From Candidatus Scatovivens sp. (lineage in GTDB: Bacteria > Bacillota > Clostridia > TANB77 > CAG-508), in contig JAZRKN010000007.1 of the NCBI GenBank assembly GCA_045646345.1, positions 1 to 64,000 of the forward strand: a DNA stretch of 64,000 bases, read 5' to 3'. The notes below the pieces were generated by a model. The model searched no databases. It saw only the letters and a program-made list of their open reading frames with translations, and had not been told where the DNA came from. A program made the translations under genes and the position numbers. This document shows, one piece after another, positions 41,176 to 51,842 of the stretch (positions are counted from its first letter, which is position 1; each line of letters opens with the position of its first letter).

Positions 41176-42561
41176 ATGATTTTTTCAAGCATAAGTTTTT
41201 TGTTTTATTTTTTACCAATTTTATTAATGGCATATTATGTGTTGCCTAAAAAGTGTAGAAATGTAGTTTTATTAGTGGCATCATTAATATTTTATTTTTA
41301 TGGTGAGCCTAAATATATTTTATTAATGTTATTTACAATAATTCAAACATATATTTTGGGAATACTAATTGATAAATATAAAGATAAATCTAAATATTTC
41401 TTGCTTATTTCTATAGTCATAAGTATAGGAATGCTTATTTACTTTAAGTATATTGATTTTATTATAGAAAATATTAATTTGTTTTTGAATAACAAATTAT
41501 CATTTATGAATATAGCTTTGCCTATTGGGATTTCTTTTTATACGTTTCAATTGTTAAGCTATATAATTGATGTATATAGAGGGAATTGTAAGGTTCAAAA
41601 AAATATATTTAAATTAGCATTATATATTTCTTTATTCCCACAACTTATAGCTGGTCCAATAGTAAGATATGTTGATGTAGCAGAACAAATTGAAGAAAGA
41701 AATCATTCTGTTGAAAAGTTTGCAGAGGGTGTTAGAAGATTTGTGATTGGACTTGGAAAAAAAGTTTTAATAGCAAATATCTGCGGTGAATTTAACAATG
41801 CATTTTTATTAAGTTTAGAGAAAAGTGTTATATTTTATTGGGCATATGGGGTTTCTGTGATGCTTCAAATTTATTTTGATTTTTCAGGTTATTCAGATAT
41901 GGCAATAGGACTTGGGAAAATGTTCGGATTTGATTTTATGGAAAACTTCAATTATCCATATATAGCAAAAAGTATTACAGATTTTTGGAGAAGATGGCAT
42001 ATTTCTTTGAGCAGTTGGTTTAAAGATTATGTATATATTCCGCTTGGAGGAAACAGAGTATGTAAAGCAAAATGGATTCGTAATATTTTTATTGTTTGGA
42101 TGTTAACGGGACTATGGCATGGAGCAGAGTGGAATTTCTTAATATGGGGCTTGTATTTTGGATGTATTTTGTTAATTGAAAAATTGTGGTTAGGAAAAAT
42201 TTTAGAAAAAACGCCTCAAGTAATTTCTAGAATTTACGTTATATTAACTGTTATGATAAGTTTTATAATATTTAATAGTGAAAGTTTTATTCAAGTGAGA
42301 GAAAATGTATTTGGATTAATTGGAATTAATAATGTACCAATGATTTCAAATGAAAGTATCTATTATATTAAAAGTTATTTAAGTATTTTCTTAATAGGAA
42401 TATTAGGTTCAACACCGCTAATGAAAAAAATAGTGACTACTAAGAAAGTAGAAAAGATTGCTAAAGTTTTAGAACCAGTGTTTTTAATAGCAATATTGTT
42501 TATTAGTACAAGTTATATTGTGGATGGATCATTTAATCCGTTTTTATATTTTAGATTTTAA
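41176..42561 (+). CDS. MBOAT O-acyltransferase (AlgI/PatA/DltB family)
   Basis: LPIGISFYTFQ, FPQLIAGPI, YFDFSGYSDMAIG, FWRRWHISL, GLWHGA, NPFLYFRF. Confidence 0.95.
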   Translation: MIFSSISFLFYFLPILLMAYYVLPKKCRNVVLLVASLIFYFYGEPKYILLMLFTIIQTYILGILIDKYKDKSKYFLLISIVISIGMLIYFKYIDFIIENINLFLNNKLSFMNIALPIGISFYTFQLLSYIIDVYRGNCKVQKNIFKLALYISLFPQLIAGPIVRYVDVAEQIEERNHSVEKFAEGVRRFVIGLGKKVLIANICGEFNNAFLLSLEKSVIFYWAYGVSVMLQIYFDFSGYSDMAIGLGKMFGFDFMENFNYPYIAKSITDFWRRWHISLSSWFKDYVYIPLGGNRVCKAKWIRNIFIVWMLTGLWHGAEWNFLIWGLYFGCILLIEKLWLGKILEKTPQVISRIYVILTVMISFIIFNSESFIQVRENVFGLIGINNVPMISNESIYYIKSYLSIFLIGILGSTPLMKKIVTTKKVEKIAKVLEPVFLIAILFISTSYIVDGSFNPFLYFRF

Positions 42562-42572
42562 AAGGAGGGGCT

Positions 42573-43655
42573 ATGATAAGAAAAAATAGTATTATAATAA
42601 CTATAATTTTTGTAACAATTTTAATATTAACATTTTTATTAAACATTTTTACAGAAGATAATACAATTTCAGAATCAGAAAGAAGAAAATTAGCCCAATT
42701 ACCAGAAATATCTTTTGAAGGTTTAATAAACGGAAAAACAATAAAAGAATTTGAAGATTATACAGTAGATCAATTCATTTTTAGAGAGTTTTTTAGGAAT
42801 GCTAAATCTTTTTGGAGTAGAAATATTTTTATGCAAAAAGATGATAATAAATTCTTCGTAAAAGACAATGGATTGTATAAAATGGAATATCCTCTAAAAG
42901 AAAATAATGTACAAAATACTGCAAAAAAAATAAAAAGAGTATACGATAAATATTTACAAGGCCAAAATGTTTATTATGCAATAATTCCTGATAAAAATTA
43001 TTATTTGGAAAATGATAGTCATTTAAAAATTAATTATTTAAAATTAAAAAATATAATGCAGGAAAATTTAAATGATTTAACATATATAGATATATGGGAT
43101 AAACTTGAAATTGGTGATTATTACAGAACAGATTTACATTGGAAACAAGAAAATTTAGTTAAAATTGTAAATGAATTTGAAAAAGAAATGGATTTGGATA
43201 TAACATTAAATAGTTATTATGAAAAAGAAAATATAGGAGAATATTATGGAACATATTATTCTCAGGTTTCAAACAATGTTGGCCCAGATGAAATGCATAT
43301 TTTGACAAATGAAATTATAGAAAATTGTACGACATATAATTATGAGAAAAAAGAAACTAATAAGGTATATAATTTAAAGAAAAAAATAGATAAATATGAT
43401 ACTTATTTGTCTGGAGCAACAGCAATAATTGAAATTAATAATTCATATAGAAAAGATGATAAAGAATTAATAATTTTTAGAGATTCTTTTGGAAGCAGTA
43501 TAGCTCCGTTATTTATAGAAAATTATAAAAAAATAACTTTAATTGATTTAAGATATGTATCAGCAGATGTATTAGAACAGTATGTGAAGTTTGATAAGCA
43601 AGATGTAATCTTTTTATACAGTACAGTAATATTAAATCAAAATATACTAAAATAA
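42573..43655 (+). CDS. DHHW/AlgJ-like O-acyltransferase partner
   Basis: SESERRKLAQ.P, YYRTDLHW, FRDSFG motifs; follows MBOAT gene. Confidence 0.85.
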   Translation: MIRKNSIIITIIFVTILILTFLLNIFTEDNTISESERRKLAQLPEISFEGLINGKTIKEFEDYTVDQFIFREFFRNAKSFWSRNIFMQKDDNKFFVKDNGLYKMEYPLKENNVQNTAKKIKRVYDKYLQGQNVYYAIIPDKNYYLENDSHLKINYLKLKNIMQENLNDLTYIDIWDKLEIGDYYRTDLHWKQENLVKIVNEFEKEMDLDITLNSYYEKENIGEYYGTYYSQVSNNVGPDEMHILTNEIIENCTTYNYEKKETNKVYNLKKKIDKYDTYLSGATAIIEINNSYRKDDKELIIFRDSFGSSIAPLFIENYKKITLIDLRYVSADVLEQYVKFDKQDVIFLYSTVILNQNILK

Positions 43656-43668
43656 GGATGGAGGATTT

Positions 43669-44898
43669 ATGAAGAAAATGAAAAAAAGTTTGCTTATAAC
43701 AAATATCTCTAAAGTGTGTGCTCTTGCTTTTTTTATAATTTATTTTATGGTACCAGCATATATATCTTCAAAAACAAGTCTTTCAGGAAAAACAGAGAGA
43801 ATGAATCTTTATATATTAATGTTTTCTCAATGCGTGTGTTGGTCAATACATTTTGTTAGTTTACGCATTTATAAAACAGATAGCCATAAAAAGCTTTCTA
43901 TTGTGCCAGAAGAATGTATGTCAGAAGAATTTAATAAATTATATGAAATTCTTAAACAAGAACGTTTAGAAGATTTGAATTTACTTAAAAAATATTCACC
44001 ACTTATAAAGGTTTTAAAGTGGAGTGCAATTGCTGTGGCTGTTTCTCTATTTTTTATTGGACTTTCGCTTTCTACATATATAGATATAATAGTTTTTTGG
44101 TTGTGTATGTTTGCTGCAATTTTAATGGGAGTGGCATATTGCGTATTGGAATTTAACGATATTAAATTTGACGAAAACTACAAAGCGTATTATAAAAGAA
44201 ATTGTATTAAGCATTTTATTAAATTTGTTAATCCTAATTTTGTGTATGAGCCACAAAATTCAAATAAAGAAGAGAGTATGAAATTATTATATGATGCTTC
44301 GAAATGTGATGATATAAAAGGTACGGACTATCTTTTGGATGATTATATTGAATGTAATTTAGATGATGAGACTGTTTTAAAACTAATTGATATGCATGTA
44401 ATAGCAGCATATGTTCACGAAGAAGAAGTTATAAACGGAATAAAACATGTTCATAATTATAAGCCGAGTAAACCAATTGAATTGTTTGAAGGAATATTTG
44501 GTGTACTAGAAAACAAACATTATATTAAGAATCATTTAAGAATTCATAATTCAGATAAAGAATATAATCAAAGTAAATTAAAAATCAGTATGGACAGCGC
44601 AGAGTTTGAAGAGTATTTTAATGTGCTTTGCAGTGATAAAATTTTGGCAGCAAGAATAGTAACTGCTGAGATAATGGAAATGTTAGTCGAGTTTTATAAG
44701 AAATATTATTTGGAATTTGAAATAATATTATATGAAGATAAAATATACATGAGATTTTTTACAGGAAAAATGTTTGAACCAGAAATGTTTGGTGATGTAT
44801 TAACCAAAGAAACTTTGGCTACATATTATACGTTGCTACAATTTATAATAGAGATATCAAAAGAAATAGATAAAGTAATGAAAAATTTTGAACTATAG
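43669..44898 (+). CDS. DUF3137-like membrane protein
   Basis: N-terminal TMs; MDS.EFE..F.V...D.I.A.RI.T motif. Confidence 0.7.
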   Translation: MKKMKKSLLITNISKVCALAFFIIYFMVPAYISSKTSLSGKTERMNLYILMFSQCVCWSIHFVSLRIYKTDSHKKLSIVPEECMSEEFNKLYEILKQERLEDLNLLKKYSPLIKVLKWSAIAVAVSLFFIGLSLSTYIDIIVFWLCMFAAILMGVAYCVLEFNDIKFDENYKAYYKRNCIKHFIKFVNPNFVYEPQNSNKEESMKLLYDASKCDDIKGTDYLLDDYIECNLDDETVLKLIDMHVIAAYVHEEEVINGIKHVHNYKPSKPIELFEGIFGVLENKHYIKNHLRIHNSDKEYNQSKLKISMDSAEFEEYFNVLCSDKILAARIVTAEIMEMLVEFYKKYYLEFEIILYEDKIYMRFFTGKMFEPEMFGDVLTKETLATYYTLLQFIIEISKEIDKVMKNFEL

Positions 44899-45023
44899 AA
44901 AGAAGTACAATTTGTACTTCTTTTTTTATAAACAATAAATAACTTGAATTTAAAGAAGAAATGATGTATACTAAAAAAGATAAAAGTTTACATAACAATC
45001 AATCATGCTGAAAGGAGTTTTTT

Positions 45024-45929
45024 ATGAGCTTATATTATGAATGTGATGGAATACAAATCTATCACAATGACAACTTAGAACTTTTACGGAGGCTTAAAGA
45101 TGGAAGCGTAAATTTGATTTACTGCGACATTTTGTACAACACAGGAAAGATTTTTGATGACTACAATGACAATCTGGGATCTCCCAAGGAGGCTATTGAA
45201 TGGTATAGACCTCGTTTTGAAGAGATGAAGAGGGTTCTTGCAAACAACGGAAGTATCTTTATTCATTGCAACTGGAGATTAGACTCGTATATTCGAATCC
45301 TTATGGATGAAATTTTTGGAGGAAAGAATTACAGAAATAGAATTTTCAGAAAGCATAGTGAAGAAAGAGGATTCTATTCTAATTTTGACTCCCAAGTAGA
45401 CAGCATTTTCTACTACGTGAAAGACTGCAACAATTTTGTTTTCAATGAGCAAATTGGTAAAAAACCTCAACTTGTTCCGCTGTTTGAAAATGGATATCTG
45501 GAAGGTCGTTCAGAAGTGAGGTTTTTTGAAGGAGTTCTTATTGACTTAGAGGCAAAGAATAAACATTGGCTGATTAGTCAAAAACAATTTAATGCTATGA
45601 GGGCTGCTGGACAAATTCAATTGATTAACGGTCTGCCTTACAGATTTAGTAGAGTTGTTCCTATGGGAAACCTCTGGTCTGAACCAGAAATGCTTGATGC
45701 ATATACCAGAACAGATACTGCAAAAGTTTATGATACTCCTAAGCCAGAAGCGGTTTTAGAGAGGATCATCAGAACATGCAGTAATGAAGGGGATGTTGTA
45801 GCAGACTTTTTTATGGGAGGAGGAACTACTGCTGTTGTAGCTAAAAAACTGAAAAGAAAAGGAATTTTCTGTGATATCAGTCAAAAGGCGTGCTGTGCAG
45901 CAACCTTGAAACTTGAAGGAATTAAATAA
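45024..45929 (+). CDS. Orphan N6A/N4C DNA methyltransferase (beta class) with variant catalytic motif
   Basis: DNLELL, LIYCDILYNTG, GSIFIHC, TPKPE..LERII, VADFFMGGGTT; no restriction gene adjacent. Confidence 0.85.
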   Translation: MSLYYECDGIQIYHNDNLELLRRLKDGSVNLIYCDILYNTGKIFDDYNDNLGSPKEAIEWYRPRFEEMKRVLANNGSIFIHCNWRLDSYIRILMDEIFGGKNYRNRIFRKHSEERGFYSNFDSQVDSIFYYVKDCNNFVFNEQIGKKPQLVPLFENGYLEGRSEVRFFEGVLIDLEAKNKHWLISQKQFNAMRAAGQIQLINGLPYRFSRVVPMGNLWSEPEMLDAYTRTDTAKVYDTPKPEAVLERIIRTCSNEGDVVADFFMGGGTTAVVAKKLKRKGIFCDISQKACCAATLKLEGIK

Positions 45930-45956
45930 TGATTGATGCTGGATAAAACCAGAAAA

Positions 45957-45998
45957 AATGCTCACGTGGTAAAAATTTACTGCGTGAGTGTTTTTTTT
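45957..45998 (+). terminator. Intrinsic terminator
   Basis: ATGCTCACGTGGTAAA / TTTACTGCGTGAGTGT hairpin plus T run. Confidence 0.8.
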
Positions 45999-46138
45999 AC
46001 TAAAAAATTACAACATTATGTTTTTTAAAATATATTTTTGTAACATTTGAAAATTTAATGCATGCATGTGATAAAATTTTAATGATAAATTTTGGTATTA
46101 ACTTTTTATATAAAATAAACAAAAGAAAGGAAGAAAAT

Positions 46139-47839
46139 ATGAAAAAAATAATTTCAAAAATGACAGCGGTTATGATGATTACGTTGCTTTTTATGGCATT
46201 GTCGATTGTAGAATTAAAAATAAGTGAAGCAACTTATTTGAGTGGTTCGCTAGAGTTGGGAACGTTAATCATTCATAAAGAAGTAGACGGAACACCAATA
46301 CAAGGAACAATTTTTGATGTTTATAAAGTAGATGATGAAACAATATCAACTGCGACTCCTACAGATTCTGAAGTAATTGCAACAAAACAAACAATAATAA
46401 CAGATACAACTGGAGAAGCTAGTCTATTAATTGAAGATATGGGTAGATATCTAGTAGTAGAAACTTCAAGTGCAAATACTACAAAAAGAATTGCAAACTT
46501 TTTGGTCGATGTTCCTACTACAGTGCCAGGAAATTCTACTGACACATTAGAATATGTTGTTGAAGTTTATCCTAAAAGTGAAACATCATATGGAGAAGTT
46601 ACTTTAACGAATATTGGTAAAACAGCAACAGCAACAGAAAATTTAGTAGGCTCTACATTTAAATTACAAAAATTATCAGGAACAACTTGGGAAGATACAA
46701 CAAATGAAGTTTTAACGACTGATTCAAATGGACAAATTAAAGTGTCTGGATTGGATATAGGTTCTTATAGATTTATTCAACAATCAGTTTTAAATAACTA
46801 TATATTGGATAATAAAACTGTATATGAATTTGATGTAACAGCAGATTTGACAGGAGAATTACTTGTTTCAAATCCATCAATAGAAGTTGTAAATGAAAAA
46901 CCAACTTTAACAAAAGAGATAACAAGTTCATTAGTTAACGGAAGTGTTAAAATAGGACAAGAGGTTAATTATAAATTAACAATTGATTTAATTCCAGAGG
47001 TACTTGAAAGATTAAATACTTTTGAAATAAAAGATATCTTACCAGAAGGATTAAACTATAAAGAAAATTCGTTAAATGTAAGTTTAGTGATGCCTACAAC
47101 ACCAAAAGCTATATGGCAAGAAATTTGGTATGAGTATGATTATGATGCTACCGATAGAGCATTAACAGTTGATATTTTAGATAGAAATTATGCCAAAAAC
47201 GGAGATTCAATAGAAATTACTTATACAGCAATTGTTTCAGAAGATGCATTAGCAAATGAAAATGGTATGAAAAACATTGCAACTTTAACATATTCTTTAA
47301 TAGTTGATAAAGACCATGATGATCAAGTAAATACAGAAAAGGCAGAAACTTTAATTGATGATGTAACAGTTTATACTGGAGGATTTTGGGTTTTAAAAGT
47401 TGCTCAAAGAGAAGATGGAGAACCTTTGGCTGGAGCTGTATTTAAAATAGCTGCTACAGAAACTTATGCTAAAGCAGGAATATTTATAAAAGATGCTTCA
47501 GGTAATGAAATAGAGATAGTATCAGGACAAGATGGAAAAGCTTCATATAAAGGTTTAGAATTAGGAACATATTGGCTTGTAGAAGTTAAAGCACCAACAT
47601 ATGAAGAAAATGGAGAAACAAAATCATACAATTTGTTAAGATCTCCACAAGAAATAGAAGTTACAAAAACATCATACGAATCAACAACGCCTGCAAAAAT
47701 AATTATAAATAAAACTGGAATTCAATTACCAGCTACTGGTGGTGTAGGTGCTGCAATTATAATTACATTAGGATTAGTTTTTGTTGTAATTGGTGTTAAA
47801 ACAATGAAAGATGATTCTAAAAAAAGTGTGAAAAAATAA
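46139..47839 (+). CDS. Sortase-dependent major pilin (SpaH/EbpC-like)
   Basis: Signal peptide, VEVYPK pilin motif, isopeptide D2 domain, E-box YWLVEVKAP, LPATG plus TM and basic tail. Confidence 0.9.
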   Translation: MKKIISKMTAVMMITLLFMALSIVELKISEATYLSGSLELGTLIIHKEVDGTPIQGTIFDVYKVDDETISTATPTDSEVIATKQTIITDTTGEASLLIEDMGRYLVVETSSANTTKRIANFLVDVPTTVPGNSTDTLEYVVEVYPKSETSYGEVTLTNIGKTATATENLVGSTFKLQKLSGTTWEDTTNEVLTTDSNGQIKVSGLDIGSYRFIQQSVLNNYILDNKTVYEFDVTADLTGELLVSNPSIEVVNEKPTLTKEITSSLVNGSVKIGQEVNYKLTIDLIPEVLERLNTFEIKDILPEGLNYKENSLNVSLVMPTTPKAIWQEIWYEYDYDATDRALTVDILDRNYAKNGDSIEITYTAIVSEDALANENGMKNIATLTYSLIVDKDHDDQVNTEKAETLIDDVTVYTGGFWVLKVAQREDGEPLAGAVFKIAATETYAKAGIFIKDASGNEIEIVSGQDGKASYKGLELGTYWLVEVKAPTYEENGETKSYNLLRSPQEIEVTKTSYESTTPAKIIINKTGIQLPATGGVGAAIIITLGLVFVVIGVKTMKDDSKKSVKK

Positions 47840-47937
47840 CAAAAAATAATTAATAACAATAATAAAAGGGTAGCAATTTTGCTACCCTTTAGTTATAATT
47901 ATTATATAAATTTTAAAATATACTTTGGAGGAAAAAG

Positions 47938-48879
47938 TTGAAAAAAAATAAAATTGGATTGATTATATTATTAATCGGATTAATTTTAATGTTATATCCA
48001 TTATTGTCAGATATATTATTTTCATACAATCATTCAACAGCAATTTCCAAATACGAAGAAAATGTTACTATAAAAGCTAAAGATGAAATTCTTAAAATGA
48101 AAGAAGAATCAGAAAAATATAATCAAGAATTAAAGGATTCAGAAAAAGGACAGGTAAAAACACCAGATGAAGTTACAGAAAAAGGTGTTAGCTATCTAAA
48201 TTTACTTAATCAAGGGGATGTTTTAGGATATATAAAAATACCTAAGATTGATGTTAATTTACCAATATATCATGGTGTTAGCAACAATATTTTAGAAACT
48301 GGAATTGGTCATATGGAAAGAACATCATTGCCAACAGGAAAAACAAATTCTCATTGTGTTCTTGCAGGACATTCTGGATTAATGAAATCAAGACTTTTTG
48401 ATGATATTGATAAGCTAGAAATTGGAGATATATTTTTAATAACTGTTTTAGATGAAACATATGCTTATGAAGTAGATCAAATTAAAGTTGTAGAACCAAA
48501 AGAAACAAAAGATATTGAAATTGTAGAAGGAAAAGAATATGTAACGCTATTAACTTGTGTACCATATGGAATAAATTCTCATAGATTATTGGTTAGAGGA
48601 ACTGGAATTGATGAGACAACATTACCAAAAGAAAAATTGGTAGAGGAAAAGTTTGCACAAGAGAATCCTGAAGTAAAAGAAGAAATTCGCGAAAAAACGG
48701 ATAAAAAAGTTATTTTAGATATAACAACAGTCATTGAAAAAATTCGTATAGCGCTTATTATAATATTTGTAATTGCTATTATAATAGTAAAATTATATTT
48801 AAATGATTATGATAAAAGAATAAAAAAAAGAATAAGAAAAATAAAAGAAAATGAAGAAGTAAGTGATACTAATAAGTAA
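47938..48879 (+). CDS. Class C sortase
   Basis: LPIYHG, GH...TSLP, AGHSG, TLLTC.PYGINSHRLLVRG; N- and C-terminal TM. Confidence 0.95.
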   Translation: MKKNKIGLIILLIGLILMLYPLLSDILFSYNHSTAISKYEENVTIKAKDEILKMKEESEKYNQELKDSEKGQVKTPDEVTEKGVSYLNLLNQGDVLGYIKIPKIDVNLPIYHGVSNNILETGIGHMERTSLPTGKTNSHCVLAGHSGLMKSRLFDDIDKLEIGDIFLITVLDETYAYEVDQIKVVEPKETKDIEIVEGKEYVTLLTCVPYGINSHRLLVRGTGIDETTLPKEKLVEEKFAQENPEVKEEIREKTDKKVILDITTVIEKIRIALIIIFVIAIIIVKLYLNDYDKRIKKRIRKIKENEEVSDTNK

Positions 48880-48892
48880 AGGAGAAATGTTT

Positions 48893-50020
48893 ATGGAGCA
48901 AAACGAAAAAAAAGAAATGAAAAAATGGACTCAATTGATATTATTGGCATTAATTGGATATTTAGTTGTACAAAATATTTCTATAATAGGAATTGGAATA
49001 TCATTTTTTATAAGTATAATTAGTCCGTTTGTAATTGGTGCTTGTTTAGCTTTTATTATTAATATACCAATGGGATTTTTTGAGCTAAACTTAAAAAAAT
49101 TTAAAACCAAAAAAGGAAAAAAACTAAATAAAAATTTTATAAGATTTGTGTCTTTGATATTAGCGATTGTAGTAATTGTTTTTATAATTACATTAATTAT
49201 TAATTTAATATTACCTGAAATTATAAATATATTTAGATTGTTAGTAGATAACTTTCCGACTTATTCAGAAAAAATAAAAGAATTTGCTACAACAATAACA
49301 AAAGACTTTCCTGAAATAAATGAAGTTATTAAAGGAATAGATGTTAGTGACAAAGAACTTCAAAAACAAGCTAAAAATTTAGTAACGAACTTTTTGTCAA
49401 CATCTGTATCTTTTGTAGGTAACTTGATTGGTAATGTAATTAATTTTATAGTTTCTATTGTTTTTTCTATATATATATTAACAGGTAAAGAAAAATTAAA
49501 AATGCAGGCGAAAAAAATATTAAAAGCATATTTAAAACCAGAAATAGCAGAAAGTACAATTGAATTAGGAAGAACTTCAAGAAATATATTTAAGAATTTT
49601 ATAACTGGACAATGTTTGGAAGCGGTTATATTAGGAACACTTAGTATAATAGGAATGTTTATATTTCAAATTCCGTATGCAGTTCCAATAGGTGTTTTGA
49701 TAGGAGTAACAGCACTTATTCCGATTGTAGGAGCGTTTATAGGAATAATAATTGGGGCGATATTAATTTTATCAGTAGAACCAGTAAAAGTTTTAACATT
49801 TATAATTTTTATATTAATATTACAACAAATAGAAGGAAATTTGATTTATCCAAAGGTTGTAGGAACTTCAGTTGGATTACCAGGAATGTGGGTTTTAGTT
49901 GCTGTTGCAATAGGTGGAGATTTGTTTGGCGTAGTAGGAATGCTTTTAGGTCTTCCAATTGCTTCTGTTTTATACACAATTTTAAAAAATGATGTAAATA
50001 AAAGATTAAAAAATAAATAA
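48893..50020 (+). CDS. AI-2E family transporter
   Basis: Multi-TM; LIPIVGAFIG, QQIEGNLIYPKVVG.SVGL. Confidence 0.9.
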   Translation: MEQNEKKEMKKWTQLILLALIGYLVVQNISIIGIGISFFISIISPFVIGACLAFIINIPMGFFELNLKKFKTKKGKKLNKNFIRFVSLILAIVVIVFIITLIINLILPEIINIFRLLVDNFPTYSEKIKEFATTITKDFPEINEVIKGIDVSDKELQKQAKNLVTNFLSTSVSFVGNLIGNVINFIVSIVFSIYILTGKEKLKMQAKKILKAYLKPEIAESTIELGRTSRNIFKNFITGQCLEAVILGTLSIIGMFIFQIPYAVPIGVLIGVTALIPIVGAFIGIIIGAILILSVEPVKVLTFIIFILILQQIEGNLIYPKVVGTSVGLPGMWVLVAVAIGGDLFGVVGMLLGLPIASVLYTILKNDVNKRLKNK

Positions 50021-50105
50021 TTCACAAATAGGGCACAAATAAATCATTATATATTCAAAGAATCTATATAATATATTGCTAATTTCTTTAAAGGAGGAAT
50101 TATGT

Positions 50106-50342
50106 ATGGAACGGAAAAATCTTGAGCACGAAATTATGGTAAACACGGCTATATGCCCGATGTGTGGTGCTGAATGTGTGGAAGGTAATGATGAAGACTT
50201 AATGATTACCTGCGCATTTTGTGGACACACTTTCCGTCCCAAAACTACGACTGCTATGACTGAAAAAGAGTATCGCGAAAAAACTGAAAATGCTCTTGAA
50301 GTCAGAAACAGAAGTGGTTGGGTCGCATTTCGCAGCAAGTAA
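50106..50342 (+). CDS. Small zinc-ribbon protein
   Basis: CPMCG...CAFCG; GGAGG RBS before ATG 50106; hairpin follows. Confidence 0.7.
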   Translation: MERKNLEHEIMVNTAICPMCGAECVEGNDEDLMITCAFCGHTFRPKTTTAMTEKEYREKTENALEVRNRSGWVAFRSK

Positions 50343-50567
50343 AATGTAATATCCTTTCCAAAAAGCAAAACCCAAAAGGTTAACCAGAAGAGCTATCTTC
50401 TGGTTTTCGGCTTTTTATAGGGGTATTTTGCCAAATTTTATTATATGCTTTATTTTTATAATATTTTGGGAGAGATAATTGCGAACAAAAATGTTTTGTG
50501 ATAATATAATTTTATAAAATAATGTTTTGAAATATAAACAATAAATGTATTAGAGGAGGAATAAAAA

Positions 50568-50948
50568 ATGAAAGAAAATGTAAGATTTTACAGATGCCCA
50601 ATTTGCGGTAATGTTATAGGATTAATAGATGGAGATATGGCACATGTTACATGTTGCGGAAAATCAATGGAATTAATGGTTGCAAATACAACTGATGCTT
50701 CTGTTGAAAAACATGTTCCAGCATATGAATTAGTAGAAGACGAAATTGTTGTAAGAGTTGGAGAAGTAGAACATCCAATGGAAAAAGAACATTATATTAT
50801 GTGGATTGCGCAAGTTACAGACAACAGAACAACTAGAGTCAGATTGTTCCCAGAACAATCAACTGAAACAAGATTCCCTTATATTAAAGGATCTGTTTTA
50901 TATGCATATTGTAATAAACATGGTTTATGGAAAACTGTTGTTGAATAA
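50568..50948 (+). CDS. dfx: Desulfoferrodoxin (superoxide reductase)
   Basis: CPICGN...CCG, EKHVP, HPM...HYI, CNKHGLW. Confidence 0.93.
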   Translation: MKENVRFYRCPICGNVIGLIDGDMAHVTCCGKSMELMVANTTDASVEKHVPAYELVEDEIVVRVGEVEHPMEKEHYIMWIAQVTDNRTTRVRLFPEQSTETRFPYIKGSVLYAYCNKHGLWKTVVE

Positions 50949-50976
50949 TTAGAAATTTTAAAATGAGAGGACAGGC

Positions 50977-51819
50977 ATGAAGGTTGGATTAGTTTTAGAA
51001 GGTGGAGCAATGCGTGGAATGTATACTGCGGGAGTGCTAGATACCTTCTTAGAAAATAATATTGAAGTTGATGGTATAATTGGTGTTTCGGCAGGAGTTT
51101 TATTTGGTGTTAATTACTTATCAAAACAAAAAGGAAGAGTAATTAGATATAATAAAAGATTTATTAATGACAAGAGATATATGGGTTTTTGGTCATTATT
51201 AACTACAGGAAATATAATTAATAAAGATTTTTCATTTTATGAAGTTCCACAAAAACTAGATATTTTTGATAACGAAACATTTAAGGAATCTAAAATAAAT
51301 TTTTGGGCAACAATAACTAATATGGAAACGGGTGAACCTGAATATGTGAAATTAGAAGATTTATTTGCTCAAATGGAAGTTTTAAGAGCAACTTCAGCAA
51401 TGCCTTTTGTTTCAAAAATTGTAGAATTGGAATCTGGTAAATATTTAGATGGTGGAATCTCGGATAGTATTCCAGTAAATAAATGCAAAGAATTAGGATT
51501 TGACAAAATAATAGTTGTATTAACAAGACCACTTGATTATAGAAAGAAAAAGCCAAAAGAATTTTTTGCTAATGCATATTATAGAAAATATCCGAAATTT
51601 GCAAAAACGTTAAACAATAGATATAAAATATATAATGAAACAGTAGAAAAAATTATTGATATGGAAAACAAAAAAGAAATATTCGTAATAAGACCATCAA
51701 AATTAATTAAAATAAAAAGAATTGAAAAAAATCCAGACAAACTTCAAGAAATGTATGAATTAGGTTTAGAAGATGCCAAACAATGTCTAGAAAGTTTAAA
51801 AGAATATATTAAAGAATAA
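50977..51819 (+). CDS. Patatin-like phospholipase
   Basis: EGGAMRG, GVSAG, YLDGG. Confidence 0.92.
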   Translation: MKVGLVLEGGAMRGMYTAGVLDTFLENNIEVDGIIGVSAGVLFGVNYLSKQKGRVIRYNKRFINDKRYMGFWSLLTTGNIINKDFSFYEVPQKLDIFDNETFKESKINFWATITNMETGEPEYVKLEDLFAQMEVLRATSAMPFVSKIVELESGKYLDGGISDSIPVNKCKELGFDKIIVVLTRPLDYRKKKPKEFFANAYYRKYPKFAKTLNNRYKIYNETVEKIIDMENKKEIFVIRPSKLIKIKRIEKNPDKLQEMYELGLEDAKQCLESLKEYIKE

Positions 51820-51842
51820 ATAAGATATTTATGGAGATAAAT

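Noticed and set aside
40462-43655. MBOAT-DHHW operon as a novel system
   Set aside because: Matches the known AlgI/AlgJ (PatA/PatB)-type envelope O-acylation arrangement common in Clostridia
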